Source: Clostridiales bacterium (GTDB lineage: Bacteria; Bacillota; Clostridia; Saccharofermentanales; Saccharofermentanaceae). Taken from it: a stretch of DNA of 64,000 nt. Shown in pieces: positions 28,217 through 38,950 of this stretch (position 1 is the stretch's first letter; each line of letters starts with the position of its first letter). Location: contig JAFWDK010000006.1 of assembly GCA_017513085.1 (NCBI GenBank), forward strand, positions 9,661 to 73,660, in the 5' to 3' direction. A program made the position numbers and the translations under genes. The notes beneath the pieces were generated by a model. The model saw only the letters and a list, made by a program, of their open reading frames with translations, had not been told where the DNA came from and ran no database searches.

Positions 28217-29509
28217 TTACAAAAGTTTTAATCGGAGCACAACGACCATTCCGCCGTCGCGGTTCAGGCAGGTGATCTCACCGCCCATTTTCTCCATAAA
28301 ATAGCGGGAAATATAAAGTCCCAGACCCGTGCCATCCTTTCCCTGTGCATTCGAACCGCGCTTGAATTTTCCGAATATCGTCTCAATTTCTTCCTCCGGC
28401 ACGCCGCCGCCCTTGTCCCCGATCTCGATCACCAGGAAACGTACGCCGTCAATTCCCGTTTCACACCGGCTGGTCACGGCCATCTCCGTATCCGCATATT
28501 TATAGGAATTGGAAAAGATGTTATTGATGACTTGATTTAAGCGGAGCGGATCCGCCTGGACCACAGAATCCTCGATTTTGAACCTCCCTACTTTATGTTT
28601 ATGGTCGGCTTCCGAAATGAAATGAGAAATGTCGTTTGAGGTCACCTCACCAAGTTTCACTTCCAGATGTTCCAATTCTTCCAAAGTCGCATGGAAAAGG
28701 TTCGACACCAGACTGTCGATCTGGTCGGCCTTCGCATTGATGCTGCGGATCGTCGTCTTCTCTTCTTCGCTCTTTGCCGAAAGCTCCATCACATCGGCCA
28801 TCGCCTTGATGGACGTCACCGGAGTCTTAATGTCGTGCGAAAGCTGCGCCACGAGTTCTTTTCGCGCCTGCACCGCTTCCGCCTCACGAAGCTTACTTGC
28901 CCGAAGCTCGTCTCTCATGATGTCAAAAGCACCCGTAAATGCACCGAAGACGTTCCCTTTGTCCATTTTCATCGGAGCATCCAGATTACCGGCCGCGACC
29001 TCCGTCGCGAAGTCTTTCATCTTGTCAAAAGGATCCACGACACGCTTTTTCAGATAGAGAAAATACACGACCGAAACCGCCAGCATCAGCAGGAGAAATC
29101 CGCCTACCAGCATCGCGATCGTGCGGTTTCTACGGACCTGTTGTTCCTGGTAGTTGTTATGTACGATGAGTTTTCCCACGACGCTGCCGTCCTCTGTCGC
29201 GATATCGCGGACCGCATCATAATGGGTCGTGGCCGCCGAAACAGAAGTAGACATTTTCTCTTTCGAATAAACAAGAAGATTCCCTTCGTCATCGATGACA
29301 GCATAGTCGAAAGGCCGGTCACTCTCAATCTTTTCCTTCTTGTGAAGTTTCGTCTCATCCCAGTTCTTGCCGAGCGCAATCACCAGACGGTTGATCTCCG
29401 TCGGATAGGAATCGATCTCGCGTACGCCGAGATTACCGATGTACACACCGGCCAGAATGATCAGGGTCAGAAAGAATGCAATATAAAGGAGAAAAGATCG
29501 GAGTTTCAC
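28217..29509 (-). CDS. HAMP-domain sensor histidine kinase
   Basis: Two TMs, HAMP, SHDIKTP H-box, N/G boxes (DKGGG, GTGLGL). Confidence 0.95.
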   Translation of the reverse strand: MKLRSFLLYIAFFLTLIILAGVYIGNLGVREIDSYPTEINRLVIALGKNWDETKLHKKEKIESDRPFDYAVIDDEGNLLVYSKEKMSTSVSAATTHYDAVRDIATEDGSVVGKLIVHNNYQEQQVRRNRTIAMLVGGFLLLMLAVSVVYFLYLKKRVVDPFDKMKDFATEVAAGNLDAPMKMDKGNVFGAFTGAFDIMRDELRASKLREAEAVQARKELVAQLSHDIKTPVTSIKAMADVMELSAKSEEEKTTIRSINAKADQIDSLVSNLFHATLEELEHLEVKLGEVTSNDISHFISEADHKHKVGRFKIEDSVVQADPLRLNQVINNIFSNSYKYADTEMAVTSRCETGIDGVRFLVIEIGDKGGGVPEEEIETIFGKFKRGSNAQGKDGTGLGLYISRYFMEKMGGEITCLNRDGGMVVVLRLKLL

Positions 29510-30207
29510 GGTACATCCTCCAGGATGAATCCGCTTCCCCATACCGTCTTAATGTGGACCGGGTTACTCGGATCTTCTTCGATTTTTTCACGCAGATGGC
29601 GGATATGAACGTTAAGTGTGACATCCCCCACAAACTCCGATCCCCAGATCTTCTCGAAGAATTCCTCTTTCTTGATGATGCGGTCTCTGTTATTGAGCAT
29701 ATAGACCAGAAGACGAAATTCCATCGCCTTAAGCGGCAGTTTCTCTCCGTCACGGATCACGACCGCCTTTGAAAGATCGATCGTGACTTTTCCGAGTTTC
29801 ACAAGATTCTTCGGCTCTTCACTTTCCACACTGCTCTTCGATTCTTCGTAACGCTTGAGCACCGCTTTCACTTTTGCCAGAAGCACACCAAGTGAATAGG
29901 GCTTACAGATATAATCGTCCCCGCCGATAGACAGCGCCAGGAGCATGTCGTCCTCCGCCTGTCTTGCACTGATGAAAAAGATCGGGACATTCATTTTTGC
30001 GCGGAGCATCTGGCACAATTCAAAGCCGGAATCTTCTCCAAGATTGATGTCCAGAAGGATCAGAGAACAAGTATTTTCAGCAAGGAATTCCAGCGCCGAT
30101 TTCTGATCCAGCACATACGCCGCCGATACCCCTGACATATTGAAATACTTACAGGTATACTCCGAAAGCTCTTGTTCATCGTCCACGATCAGAACGCTGT
30201 AATGCAT
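29506..30207 (-). CDS. OmpR-family response regulator
   Basis: IVDDE, LLDINL, DDYICKP, winged helix VHIRHLREKIE...TVWGSGF. Confidence 0.95.
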   Translation of the reverse strand: MHYSVLIVDDEQELSEYTCKYFNMSGVSAAYVLDQKSALEFLAENTCSLILLDINLGEDSGFELCQMLRAKMNVPIFFISARQAEDDMLLALSIGGDDYICKPYSLGVLLAKVKAVLKRYEESKSSVESEEPKNLVKLGKVTIDLSKAVVIRDGEKLPLKAMEFRLLVYMLNNRDRIIKKEEFFEKIWGSEFVGDVTLNVHIRHLREKIEEDPSNPVHIKTVWGSGFILEDVP

Positions 30208-30227
30208 ATCTTCTCCCCCAAATCAGA

Positions 30228-32669
30228 TCAACCCTGCAAAGCCTGGTCGATTTCTTCTGCATAACGGACAGTCTCCATTGCATCGCGGCAATATCGGTCT
30301 GCACCGATGGCATCCGCATATTCCTGCGTCAGTACGGCGCCTCCGACACAGACTTTCGCCCAGGGCGCCTGCTCGCGAAGAAGCTTGATCGTCTCTTCCA
30401 TCGCCGGAACAGTGGTGGTCATCAACGCGGAAAGACCCACGATCGGCGCATGGAGACGGATCACTTCGTCCACTACGGTCTGCTCAGGCACATCCTTACC
30501 CAGATCGCTGACGGCAAATCCGTAGTTCTCCAGGATCAGTTTCACAATATTCTTGCCGATGTCATGGATGTCGCCGTGGACCGTTGCGATGACAAAAGCA
30601 CATCTCTTCGGCCCGTCACCGCCATCTTCCGCCATCAGTTTCTTCACTTCTTCAAAAGCAGCCTTTGCCGCTTCTGCTGCCATAAGGAGCTGCGGCAGGT
30701 ACACTTTTTTCTTTTCGAAATCCTCACCCACGATATTGAGGGCCGGGATCACTTCTTCCTGGATGATCTCCAGTGGTTTCTTCTCGGCCAGCAACGCTTT
30801 GGTAAGAGAACCTGTCTTCTCTTTCAATCCACGTACGATGGCTTTCTGCAGTTCCGAAGCCGGGCCACCCGAGGAAGACGCATCCGCTGCCGGAGCGCCT
30901 GCAGGTGCTGCACCCGCTGTGGGAGCCGCCATTGTCGGTGCCGGAAGATTCTGTGCGTAACTGATATAGTCCATGCAGTTTTCGTCCATGTTATGGAGAG
31001 CACGGAAAGCATAGTAGACATTCATCATCTCCTGCGAATACGGGTTCATGATCGCCGCGGACAATCCGTCCTGCAAACATAAAGCGAAGAATGTCGAGGT
31101 GATGATGTTTCTACTCGGAAGTCCAAAAGAAACATTGGAAATACCCAATGATGTATTGACCCCGAGATTGTGGCGGATCTTATGCACCGCCTGCATCGTG
31201 GCCAGGGCCGCGGTCGTATCTGCGGAGATCGTCATCGCCAGCGGGTCGAAGATCAGGTCTTTTTTTGCGATACCATAATCGGCCGCCCGCTTGATGATCT
31301 TCTCGGCGATCGCCACACGTTCTTCTGCCGTATCCGGAATACCGCCTTCATCGATCGTCAGAGCTACGACAAAACCGCCGTACTTGGCAACGAGCGGAAA
31401 GATGACACTCATGACTTCTTCTTTACCATTAACAGAATTGACCATGGCCTTGCCATTATACGCACGAAGTCCTGCCTCCATCGCCACCGGATCCGTAGTA
31501 TCCAGCTGAAGAGGAAGATCCGTTACAGCCTGCAGTTCTTTGACCGCACGAAGGAGAAACGCCGGCTCGTCGATTTCCGGCAGACCTACGTTTACGTCCA
31601 GGAGCTGCACGCCCGCATCCTGCTGTTTCAGAGCTTCACTCAGAATATAGTCGATATCGTTTTCACGCAGAGCCTGCTGGAAGCGCTTCTTACCGGTCGG
31701 ATTGATACGCTCGCCGATGAGGATCGGGCTTCCGCCGAATTCCACAGCCTGAGTATAGGAAGACACCAATGAACGGTTCTTCTCCGTAACCGGAACCGGT
31801 GTGATCGTACTTGCCTTTTCCACAACTGCGCGAATATAGTCCGGCGTCGTGCCACAGCAGCCACCCGCAATACGGATGCCCTTTTCCAGCAGTTTCCCGA
31901 CCGACTCGGCAAACTCCGGCGGGAACACGTCATAGACGGTCTTTCCGTTCTCACTTCTCGGAAGACCCGCATTTGGTTTGAGAAGGACCGGAACGGAAGC
32001 ATATTCGAGGTATTCTTCCATCACGCCCACAAGCTGGTCCGGACCAAGAGAACAGTTCGCGCCGATGGCATCCGCATGCATGCCTTCGAGCATGGCCACC
32101 ATGGCTGCCGGACAGGCACCGGTCATCAGTTTTCCATCCGCGCCATATGCATTGGAAACGAATACCGGAAGATCCGAATTCTCCTTCGCCGCCAGAAGCG
32201 CGGCTTTCGTATCGTAACTATCGTTCATGGTCTCGATGAAGATCAGATCTACGCCGGCCTTCACACCGAAACACACGGTCTTACTGTACATCGCCACCGC
32301 GTCTTCGAATTCATAATCACCGTATGGTTTTAAAAGCTTACCGAGAGAACCGATATCCAGCGCCACAAACTTTTCCTGTGTGCCTGTGCTCTGCCGTGCC
32401 GCTTCGCGGGCATTCTCCACGGCCGCCTTGATCAGGGTTTCCAGTTCTTCGTCATCAAATTTCAGACCATTGGCACCGAAAGTATTACTGAGAACGACAT
32501 TTGAACCTGCATCGTAGTAGGATTTCTGGATCCGGATGATTTCCTCCGGACGGCTGACATTCCATCGTTCCGGAAGTTCTCCAGGTTGAAGTCCCGCTTC
32601 CTGAAGAAGCGTACCCATACCGCCATCGAGAAACAGAAAATGGTCTTTCATGTAGTCGAGAATATTCAT
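30228..32669 (-). CDS. metH: Cobalamin-dependent methionine synthase (homocysteine, folate and B12 domains; activation domain separate)
   Basis: DGGMGT, GANCS, GGCCGTTP, IGERINPTG, GDIHDIGKN, LSALMTTT. Confidence 0.93.
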   Translation of the reverse strand: MNILDYMKDHFLFLDGGMGTLLQEAGLQPGELPERWNVSRPEEIIRIQKSYYDAGSNVVLSNTFGANGLKFDDEELETLIKAAVENAREAARQSTGTQEKFVALDIGSLGKLLKPYGDYEFEDAVAMYSKTVCFGVKAGVDLIFIETMNDSYDTKAALLAAKENSDLPVFVSNAYGADGKLMTGACPAAMVAMLEGMHADAIGANCSLGPDQLVGVMEEYLEYASVPVLLKPNAGLPRSENGKTVYDVFPPEFAESVGKLLEKGIRIAGGCCGTTPDYIRAVVEKASTITPVPVTEKNRSLVSSYTQAVEFGGSPILIGERINPTGKKRFQQALRENDIDYILSEALKQQDAGVQLLDVNVGLPEIDEPAFLLRAVKELQAVTDLPLQLDTTDPVAMEAGLRAYNGKAMVNSVNGKEEVMSVIFPLVAKYGGFVVALTIDEGGIPDTAEERVAIAEKIIKRAADYGIAKKDLIFDPLAMTISADTTAALATMQAVHKIRHNLGVNTSLGISNVSFGLPSRNIITSTFFALCLQDGLSAAIMNPYSQEMMNVYYAFRALHNMDENCMDYISYAQNLPAPTMAAPTAGAAPAGAPAADASSSGGPASELQKAIVRGLKEKTGSLTKALLAEKKPLEIIQEEVIPALNIVGEDFEKKKVYLPQLLMAAEAAKAAFEEVKKLMAEDGGDGPKRCAFVIATVHGDIHDIGKNIVKLILENYGFAVSDLGKDVPEQTVVDEVIRLHAPIVGLSALMTTTVPAMEETIKLLREQAPWAKVCVGGAVLTQEYADAIGADRYCRDAMETVRYAEEIDQALQG

Positions 32670-32793
32670 GCCGCGCACCCCTATGAGATCGTTATGCGGA
32701 AATTGTACCACAAATAGCGTCAATATAGTTGCAAAGTGTCACAGCAATAAACAAAGAGAATCTTGTTCCGAAAAACTATAGGCATCGTGTACA

Positions 32794-35242
32794 TTACGCT
32801 CTTTCCTGAACCACCAGTTTCGCCCTCTTCTCGATATTCTTGATCACTTTATCGAGGGACTGCTGTCCGTTAAAATAGGCGTTCGCTTCTTCCACTACGA
32901 TACCCATGATGTTTGTATCGTATTTCATACCTGTCTGCACTTTTTCGACGAATGCAGGGAAATCCTTGATTCGATCCATTTCCAAGCCGGCGGTACCTGT
33001 GACCCCCAGGCTTTTGGAAGATTCAAAGTCGGCTATTTCCTTCTCAATATTCTTATTCAGAGCTTCACGGTTGACCGGTATATTCCGGGGGCATATTTCG
33101 TTGGGTCTTCTCATCAAGAAGACTTTTCACGAAACTCCACGCCTCTTCCGGATAGGCACAGCACTTGCTGATCGACACGGAGACCAGGGTATCCATCAAC
33201 ATACCCTCGCCGGACTCCGGATATCCGCACAGTCTGAGATGATCCTGCCCCATAGAAAGATGAGATACATAATTTTCACCACTTTCCACCGATGTCTCCA
33301 TCATGGCGACCAGACCTCTCTTCAATTTCGCTTCCGGAAGCATCTGACTGACCGGAGCATCTGCATCATCCATATACATCGTCGGCATCTGATCCATACT
33401 CACCGCATATGTCTTCACAAATTCCATCATCTGCCGGAATTCATCGGTATCGAAATGAACTTCCTGCTTTTCGTAATCCACGAAACGGGTAATGCTACTT
33501 GCCAAGAACGAAGAGAGCAACATTGTGCGTTCTGTTTCCGGCAGCATCTGCACATCCTGAGGAAGCGAGGCAATGGCCGAATAGATATCCTGCCATGTCA
33601 TGCTTTCTTTTTCCTCCAGGAATTGATTATTATATTCCATTCCGGTTAAGACGAACATAAGCGGAAGGCGATAAAGCTTCCCGTTCTTTTCCGCGGCATG
33701 GAAGATATTATCGAAATACTTCGTTCTGTCGATATCCTTATCTTTATCGATAAGTGTGTTCAGATCCAGCAATACATTATCTCTCTCGTACTGGAGGCTG
33801 GATCCGAAATTAATAAGGATGTCCGGACCCTGGCCGTTTACCAGGTCGATATACACCTGATCTTCAATAGCCGAAACCGATCCGTTGTATTTGTTCGCGA
33901 AAGTGGTCAGCCACGAGATGGAAAAGTCCGTCAGAAAAATGCGACTCTTCTTTGTCGTATCCCTGTTATAATCCACGATGGAATTATAGAGAGCATCATT
34001 GTCCGTGTCGATTCCCATAGCAGAAAGGTATCTCTTACCCACATGAGGATTCTTCGCGGCTTTCTTCAGATGCTGTACATAGAAGCGGTAGACCTCCTGA
34101 AAACTCTCCGCTTTCGGCGACTGATCCTCATCGAATTTCATCTCGACAGCAAAATAGTATTCATCATCCGAAACAATCTTCAAAGAATCCGAAAGGATCT
34201 CTCCGCGGTAGCAATCCGTCTGATTCCAAGGAATGACAACGGTATACTCTCCGCTTTGGAGATCGATCCTGCTTAATCCGGTCGTTGTGTTCATGTATAT
34301 GTCGTTTTTCCCGCGGATAATATTCTCTTGCTCGCCATATTCGAAAGGCCATTCATATTTACCTTCCAGGTACTTACCTGTATCCAGATCAATTTCACTG
34401 AATTCATATTTGATTGGATTGCCCGCGGACATAGATTCCGTCAAGCGATAAAACTTTCCATCGATTTTATACTGACCGCCCCTATCATGTGACCGTGAAA
34501 AAGATGTCACAATTCCGTCCGAACCAATCTGACATGTAAATCCGGCGCCATCCAGGATCAGATTTCCATTCGGCGTGTACATGCAGTTACTTACATACTG
34601 GATCTCCTCTTCAAAAGAAAGCATGTTGACCAGTTCCTTAGGATCGGAAAGTGTAAGCGTATTGGACAGTTCCATTGAATCCGACAATTCACTGATCTTC
34701 GCCACGGAATCCTCCGCGTACAGCACCATTGTCTGTCCATTCGGACCTTCGAAAACACACGACGGTTCGAACTGTGTACCGGCCTTTCTTGTCGTAACGA
34801 GATTTCCCTTCAGGTCAAAGGCAGCCAGCATGCTCACGTCTTTTTCCAGAACGATTTTCTCGATTCTTTCCGCTTCTTCGTCACTCAGTTTCTTCTTACC
34901 AAGGATATGCTATTTCCACTTTTCTGCGGTCTCATCGTCGATTGCATAAGAATCATCGAAATATGCGAAAATACGGTTTTGGGAAATATACATATTGTTG
35001 ATCCATCGACCCACAAGTATCCTGTCTTTTTCCAGCGGGATCTCGAGTTGGAATTCTTCCAGTTCGTAGAAGGGATCGCTCTCCTGAATGACCTGCCCGC
35101 TTGCCACGGCAGACCGCACAGCGTCCCTTGCTGCTGTCTTAGCTTGATCGTCTGTTTTTCCGCCTTTTTTACATGCAACCGAAGACAGGATCACCGCAAG
35201 ACTGATACTTAGTGCCAAAATACTCTTCGTGAATCGTTTCAT
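32794..35242 (-). pseudogene. Disrupted ABC-type solute-binding lipoprotein (about 815 aa if repaired)
   Basis: Lipobox SSVAC; in-frame TAG at 34910-34912; frameshift at the G5 run 33087-33091; C-terminal SBP motifs (GPDILIN, AWSFVK, IVVEEANAYFNGQQS). Confidence 0.8.
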
Positions 35243-35316
35243 AACTATTCCTCTCAAACCAACATTTCCCATTTTTATTTTATGTTAAAAACGTGGAACG
35301 AGCACTAAGAGATTTG

Positions 35317-36009
35317 TCATATATTAATTCTTTGGATGAGGGATGATTTCTTGATCCCGATGATCGCCGTGACACTCTTACTTGGCGCCATCAGGCAAGA
35401 CTCGGAAAGTGTGATCCCGAGCCTTCTTTCGGCATCCAGAAGCGGAAGAAACACACGCTGCACTTCAATAGGAAGGTCACCATATCCCGGTGAATAACGC
35501 CAGTTTGTACTTCCACCGAGTTTTTCCGCACATGCCTTTACTTCCGCGTCAAAAGCATCACACAGCGATTCTACACGTTCTGCCCCAAGTCCCTGAAGCA
35601 GAAGACCCAGCTTGGGGTCAGCTTTTTCGTATCTTCGGATCAGGCGGTCGATCCCGGATCCGATCGTCGCGGCAAAGAGCACTACTTTCGAAGCCCCTTC
35701 AAGATTCTTTTTCAATTTTTCGGATTTCTGTTCAAACGGAAGGATCGGGAAACCATCCTCTCCCCATTCAAGCGGCACGACAACAAATCCCACCCGGAAA
35801 GAAAGCACACCGGAAACCAGAGACAGTGCTTTTTCCATAGAATCAGCAAGTTCCGGATCTTTTGCCGCATTCTCCTGTTCATAGACAGGAATACAGGAAT
35901 AACGAAGCCACTCCGTCACGTTGACCGAAGGAGTTTCGTAATCGAGATATTGTGGAATCGTCTTTGTTTCCGAGGTCAGTGCCTCTTCAAGAATCGTGGT
36001 CCGGTCCAT
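35317..36009 (-). CDS. Methionine synthase activation-domain protein (stand-alone)
   Basis: LFAATIG, RYSPGYGDLP, GITLSESCLMAPSKSVTAIIG. Confidence 0.9.
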   Translation of the reverse strand: MDRTTILEEALTSETKTIPQYLDYETPSVNVTEWLRYSCIPVYEQENAAKDPELADSMEKALSLVSGVLSFRVGFVVVPLEWGEDGFPILPFEQKSEKLKKNLEGASKVVLFAATIGSGIDRLIRRYEKADPKLGLLLQGLGAERVESLCDAFDAEVKACAEKLGGSTNWRYSPGYGDLPIEVQRVFLPLLDAERRLGITLSESCLMAPSKSVTAIIGIKKSSLIQRINI

Positions 36010-36018
36010 AGAAGATCC

Positions 36019-36912
36019 TTACTTGATGCCATAATCTTTCCAGAGAATATTGGAAAGATTGTTCATGATCGCTTCTGCCACATCAGGTTTATTCATGGAG
36101 TACACATGCACATTCGTCACACCGTTTGCATACAGATCGATGATTTGATCCGTTGCATACGCAATGCCGGCCTGCTTCATGGATTCCGGATCCTGTCCGA
36201 AATAATCCACGATGGCCTTGAATCGCTGCGGCATGAAGGAGCCGCTCAGCTTGATCGCCTTCTCCACCTGGATCGCATTCGTGATCGGCATGATCCCCGG
36301 AACGACCGGAACCATAATACCGGCCTCGCGGATCTTGTACAGGAAGTTATAGAAAAGATTGTTATCGAAGACCATCTGGCTGACCAGGAAATCTGCGCCG
36401 GCTTCGACCTTCTCCTTCAGATGCTGAATATCTTCGTGCTGGTTCGGACTCTCCGGATGCACTTCCGGGTAGCATGCGCCGCCAATACAGAAATCGTACC
36501 CGCTTTCCTTGATCTCCCGGATCAGCTCCACCGCATGACGGTAGTCCCATGTGGAACGATCCGTCTGCTCGAGTTCCGGCGTCAGGTCTCCCCGGAGCGC
36601 CATGATGTTCTGGATCCCCAGGCTATGTATCTCTTCGATCTTGGCATGGATAGTCTCTCTCGAACTGGACACGCAGGTCAGATGCGCCATCGTCGGCACG
36701 CCATGTTTCTCTTCGATCGTCTTGGCAATATCCAATGTATAGCGGCTGGTACCTCCACCGGCACCGTACGTCACACTCATGAACGCCGGCCTACTCTCGG
36801 CGATCTTCTCGGTAGTCTCCTTCACGCTCTCGAAACTCGTTTCCTTCTTCGGCGGAAACACTTCGAAAGATAAGGACATATTCTTCTTATTCAGGATGTC
36901 GATGATCTTCAT
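36019..36912 (-). CDS. metF: 5,10-methylenetetrahydrofolate reductase
   Basis: SFEVFPPK, SVTYGAGG, AHLTC, ALRGD, YPEVHPE, PGIMPI, HVYSMN. Confidence 0.96.
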   Translation of the reverse strand: MKIIDILNKKNMSLSFEVFPPKKETSFESVKETTEKIAESRPAFMSVTYGAGGGTSRYTLDIAKTIEEKHGVPTMAHLTCVSSSRETIHAKIEEIHSLGIQNIMALRGDLTPELEQTDRSTWDYRHAVELIREIKESGYDFCIGGACYPEVHPESPNQHEDIQHLKEKVEAGADFLVSQMVFDNNLFYNFLYKIREAGIMVPVVPGIMPITNAIQVEKAIKLSGSFMPQRFKAIVDYFGQDPESMKQAGIAYATDQIIDLYANGVTNVHVYSMNKPDVAEAIMNNLSNILWKDYGIK

Positions 36913-37029
36913 GTTACAAAACTACCTCGCTTCGTTCGTGCTGTCAGAGATGACCCTATAATTTTAGTGCCTGAACCACGTTTCGGCAACAGTTTTCTGC
37001 AACATACCGAGCGAGCCGCTCCACCACTG

Positions 37030-38553
37030 TCACATCTCCACTACCTTAGTCCCCAGTTTCTCCCGGAACCGCACATCATGTTCCACGATCAGCATGGTCG
37101 GTGCATACGTCGAAATCAATTTCTCCAGTTGCATCCTCGAGAACACATCCACATAGTTGAGCGGCTCGTCCCAGATATATAGATGTGCCGGTGTCAGAAG
37201 GCTCGTAGCGATCAGGACCTTCTTCTTCTGTCCTTCCGAAAACTCTTCGATCTTCTTATCGAACTGCGCCTGTTCCAGCGCCAGACAGCGAAGCACAGAA
37301 AGGAAAAGACTATAGTCGACTTTATTCTCAAAGGCATGCATCCGAAGATCCCCATGAAGATGCGAGGTATCCTGATTCATATATGAGATCACAAGATTGC
37401 TCGCCACTTCCAGTCTCCCAGAAATCACGAAATCGTCCTCGACCGGATATCCCGCTTCCCGCAGCACCGCCTTGATCAAGCTGGTCTTTCCGCATCCGTT
37501 TCCACCGTTGAGAAACACACGATCCCCTTGCTTGATTTCCAGATTCAGGCCTGTAAAAACCGGCTCCGAAGCGTCCTCATACGCAAGAGAAAGATCGCGC
37601 GCTTCCACCAGTCTCTCCTTATAGTGCTCAAGCGGCTGGATCCGAAGATCCCGGACCTGTTCCACATCCTGCAGCAGTCCTTCTTTCTCCCTTATATTCT
37701 TCTCCATTCGCTGCTCGAAGACCTTGACTCGCGCTTCCATCTTCTTCGTCTTCGCACCAACATACGATCTGGTAGCTATGCTCCGGTCATGTTCCTTGAT
37801 CGGGTCGAACCCGATCTTCGTGTTCTCCCCCTTTGTCGCCCACCGCTGGCTCTGATCCATCGCGCCCTTCAGGCGTCCGATCTCCTTGAGATGCTTCTCG
37901 TTTTCCGCTCTGGCGAATGCATCCGCCCGCTCTTTATTCTCCCACCAGGAACTGAAATTTCCCGTCTGCACCTCGATAGTCGTACGATTCAGGACCAGCA
38001 CATGATCCACGCACGCATCCAGCAGATCCCGGTCATGCGACACCAGGATAAAACCCTTCTTCCCGGCCAGGTATCCTTTCACGATCTCTCTGGCTTCCCG
38101 ATCCAGATGATTCGTCGGCTCATCGATCAGAAGGAAATCATTTTCCCCGGCAAAAAGCACCGCCAGCATGACTTTCGTCCTTTCACCGAAGCTGAGCGTC
38201 CCGAAAGGCCGGTACAGAAGTTCCGCATCTACGCCTAACTCCGAAAGCTCACACATCACGCGCCAGTTTTCCACTCCGGGCTTCCAGATCTCCATCAGTT
38301 CATCCGCCGTTTTCGCCTGTTCCTGCACGCTGATTTTGTACGGAAAATAATCGCAACGCACATCGCTCTTGATACTTCCGCTATATTCATATTTTCCGAG
38401 CAGAAGATTCAGGAATGTGGTTTTTCCCTTGCCGTTCCGCCCGATAAACCCCAGTTTCCAGTCCGTATCCACAGTAAAAGAAACATGCTCGAAGATCGGA
38501 TCGAAACTGCTTTCATAAGAGAAAGAAAGATCGTTTACTCTGATTTGTGCCAT
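37030..38553 (-). CDS. ABC-F ribosomal protection protein, Lsa/CplR-like
   Basis: Two NBDs and no TM; DTDWKLGFIGRNGKGKTT, DYFPY, LSFGE, FSEGQKKKV, YIWDEPLNY, all typical of the Lsa clade. Confidence 0.88.
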   Translation of the reverse strand: MAQIRVNDLSFSYESSFDPIFEHVSFTVDTDWKLGFIGRNGKGKTTFLNLLLGKYEYSGSIKSDVRCDYFPYKISVQEQAKTADELMEIWKPGVENWRVMCELSELGVDAELLYRPFGTLSFGERTKVMLAVLFAGENDFLLIDEPTNHLDREAREIVKGYLAGKKGFILVSHDRDLLDACVDHVLVLNRTTIEVQTGNFSSWWENKERADAFARAENEKHLKEIGRLKGAMDQSQRWATKGENTKIGFDPIKEHDRSIATRSYVGAKTKKMEARVKVFEQRMEKNIREKEGLLQDVEQVRDLRIQPLEHYKERLVEARDLSLAYEDASEPVFTGLNLEIKQGDRVFLNGGNGCGKTSLIKAVLREAGYPVEDDFVISGRLEVASNLVISYMNQDTSHLHGDLRMHAFENKVDYSLFLSVLRCLALEQAQFDKKIEEFSEGQKKKVLIATSLLTPAHLYIWDEPLNYVDVFSRMQLEKLISTYAPTMLIVEHDVRFREKLGTKVVEM

Positions 38554-38899
38554 ATATATGCCTCTTTCTGCCTGAGGATCCACGGTCCCGGGTGCAAGTC
38601 CTTCTGCCACCGCCAAGCCAACAAAAAAGCCCGTTCCTACGCACGCAGAAACAGACTCACACGATCTTTCTTCTTAAAAGATAGAAACAATGTCGCGATG
38701 ATTCCATGAAAGCGCACACAAGAAGACCTCGTCTCAGGTCTTTACCATTCAATGTGTATCCTTCCCAAATCATCACTTTCTCATTGGTCTACCCACACGC
38801 GAAACCGCGCTCTTTCTTTCAAATTCCGGAGCGTCCGTATCAGCCAAAATACTCGCACCCTATTACTTCGATACTATCACGAGGTGCGGCACTTGGCAA
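38554..38899 (-). promoter_or_regulatory. Promoter and ~310-nt attenuator leader of the ABC-F gene
   Basis: TTGCCA-17-TAGTAT; uORF MVKT* (38734-38748); terminator hairpin plus U6 (38623-38658) before the CDS. Confidence 0.7.
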
Positions 38900-38950
38900 T
38901 AGACGTATGGTATAATGAAAACATCAGATTTTCCTAGGGGAGGAACACTT

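Noticed and set aside
34910-34912. Programmed amber (pyrrolysine) readthrough
   Set aside because: The same gene also has a frameshift and no pyl genes are in the window; decay is the simpler explanation.
36913-37029. SAM riboswitch or T-box upstream of metF
   Set aside because: Only a promoter-like TTGCCG-17-TAAAAT and a short leader; no S-box or T-box consensus.
38585-38616. tRNA-like 3' end (GGGTGCAAGTCC...CCGCCA)
   Set aside because: The T-stem does not pair and no cloverleaf can be built; it lies in the ABC-F leader.
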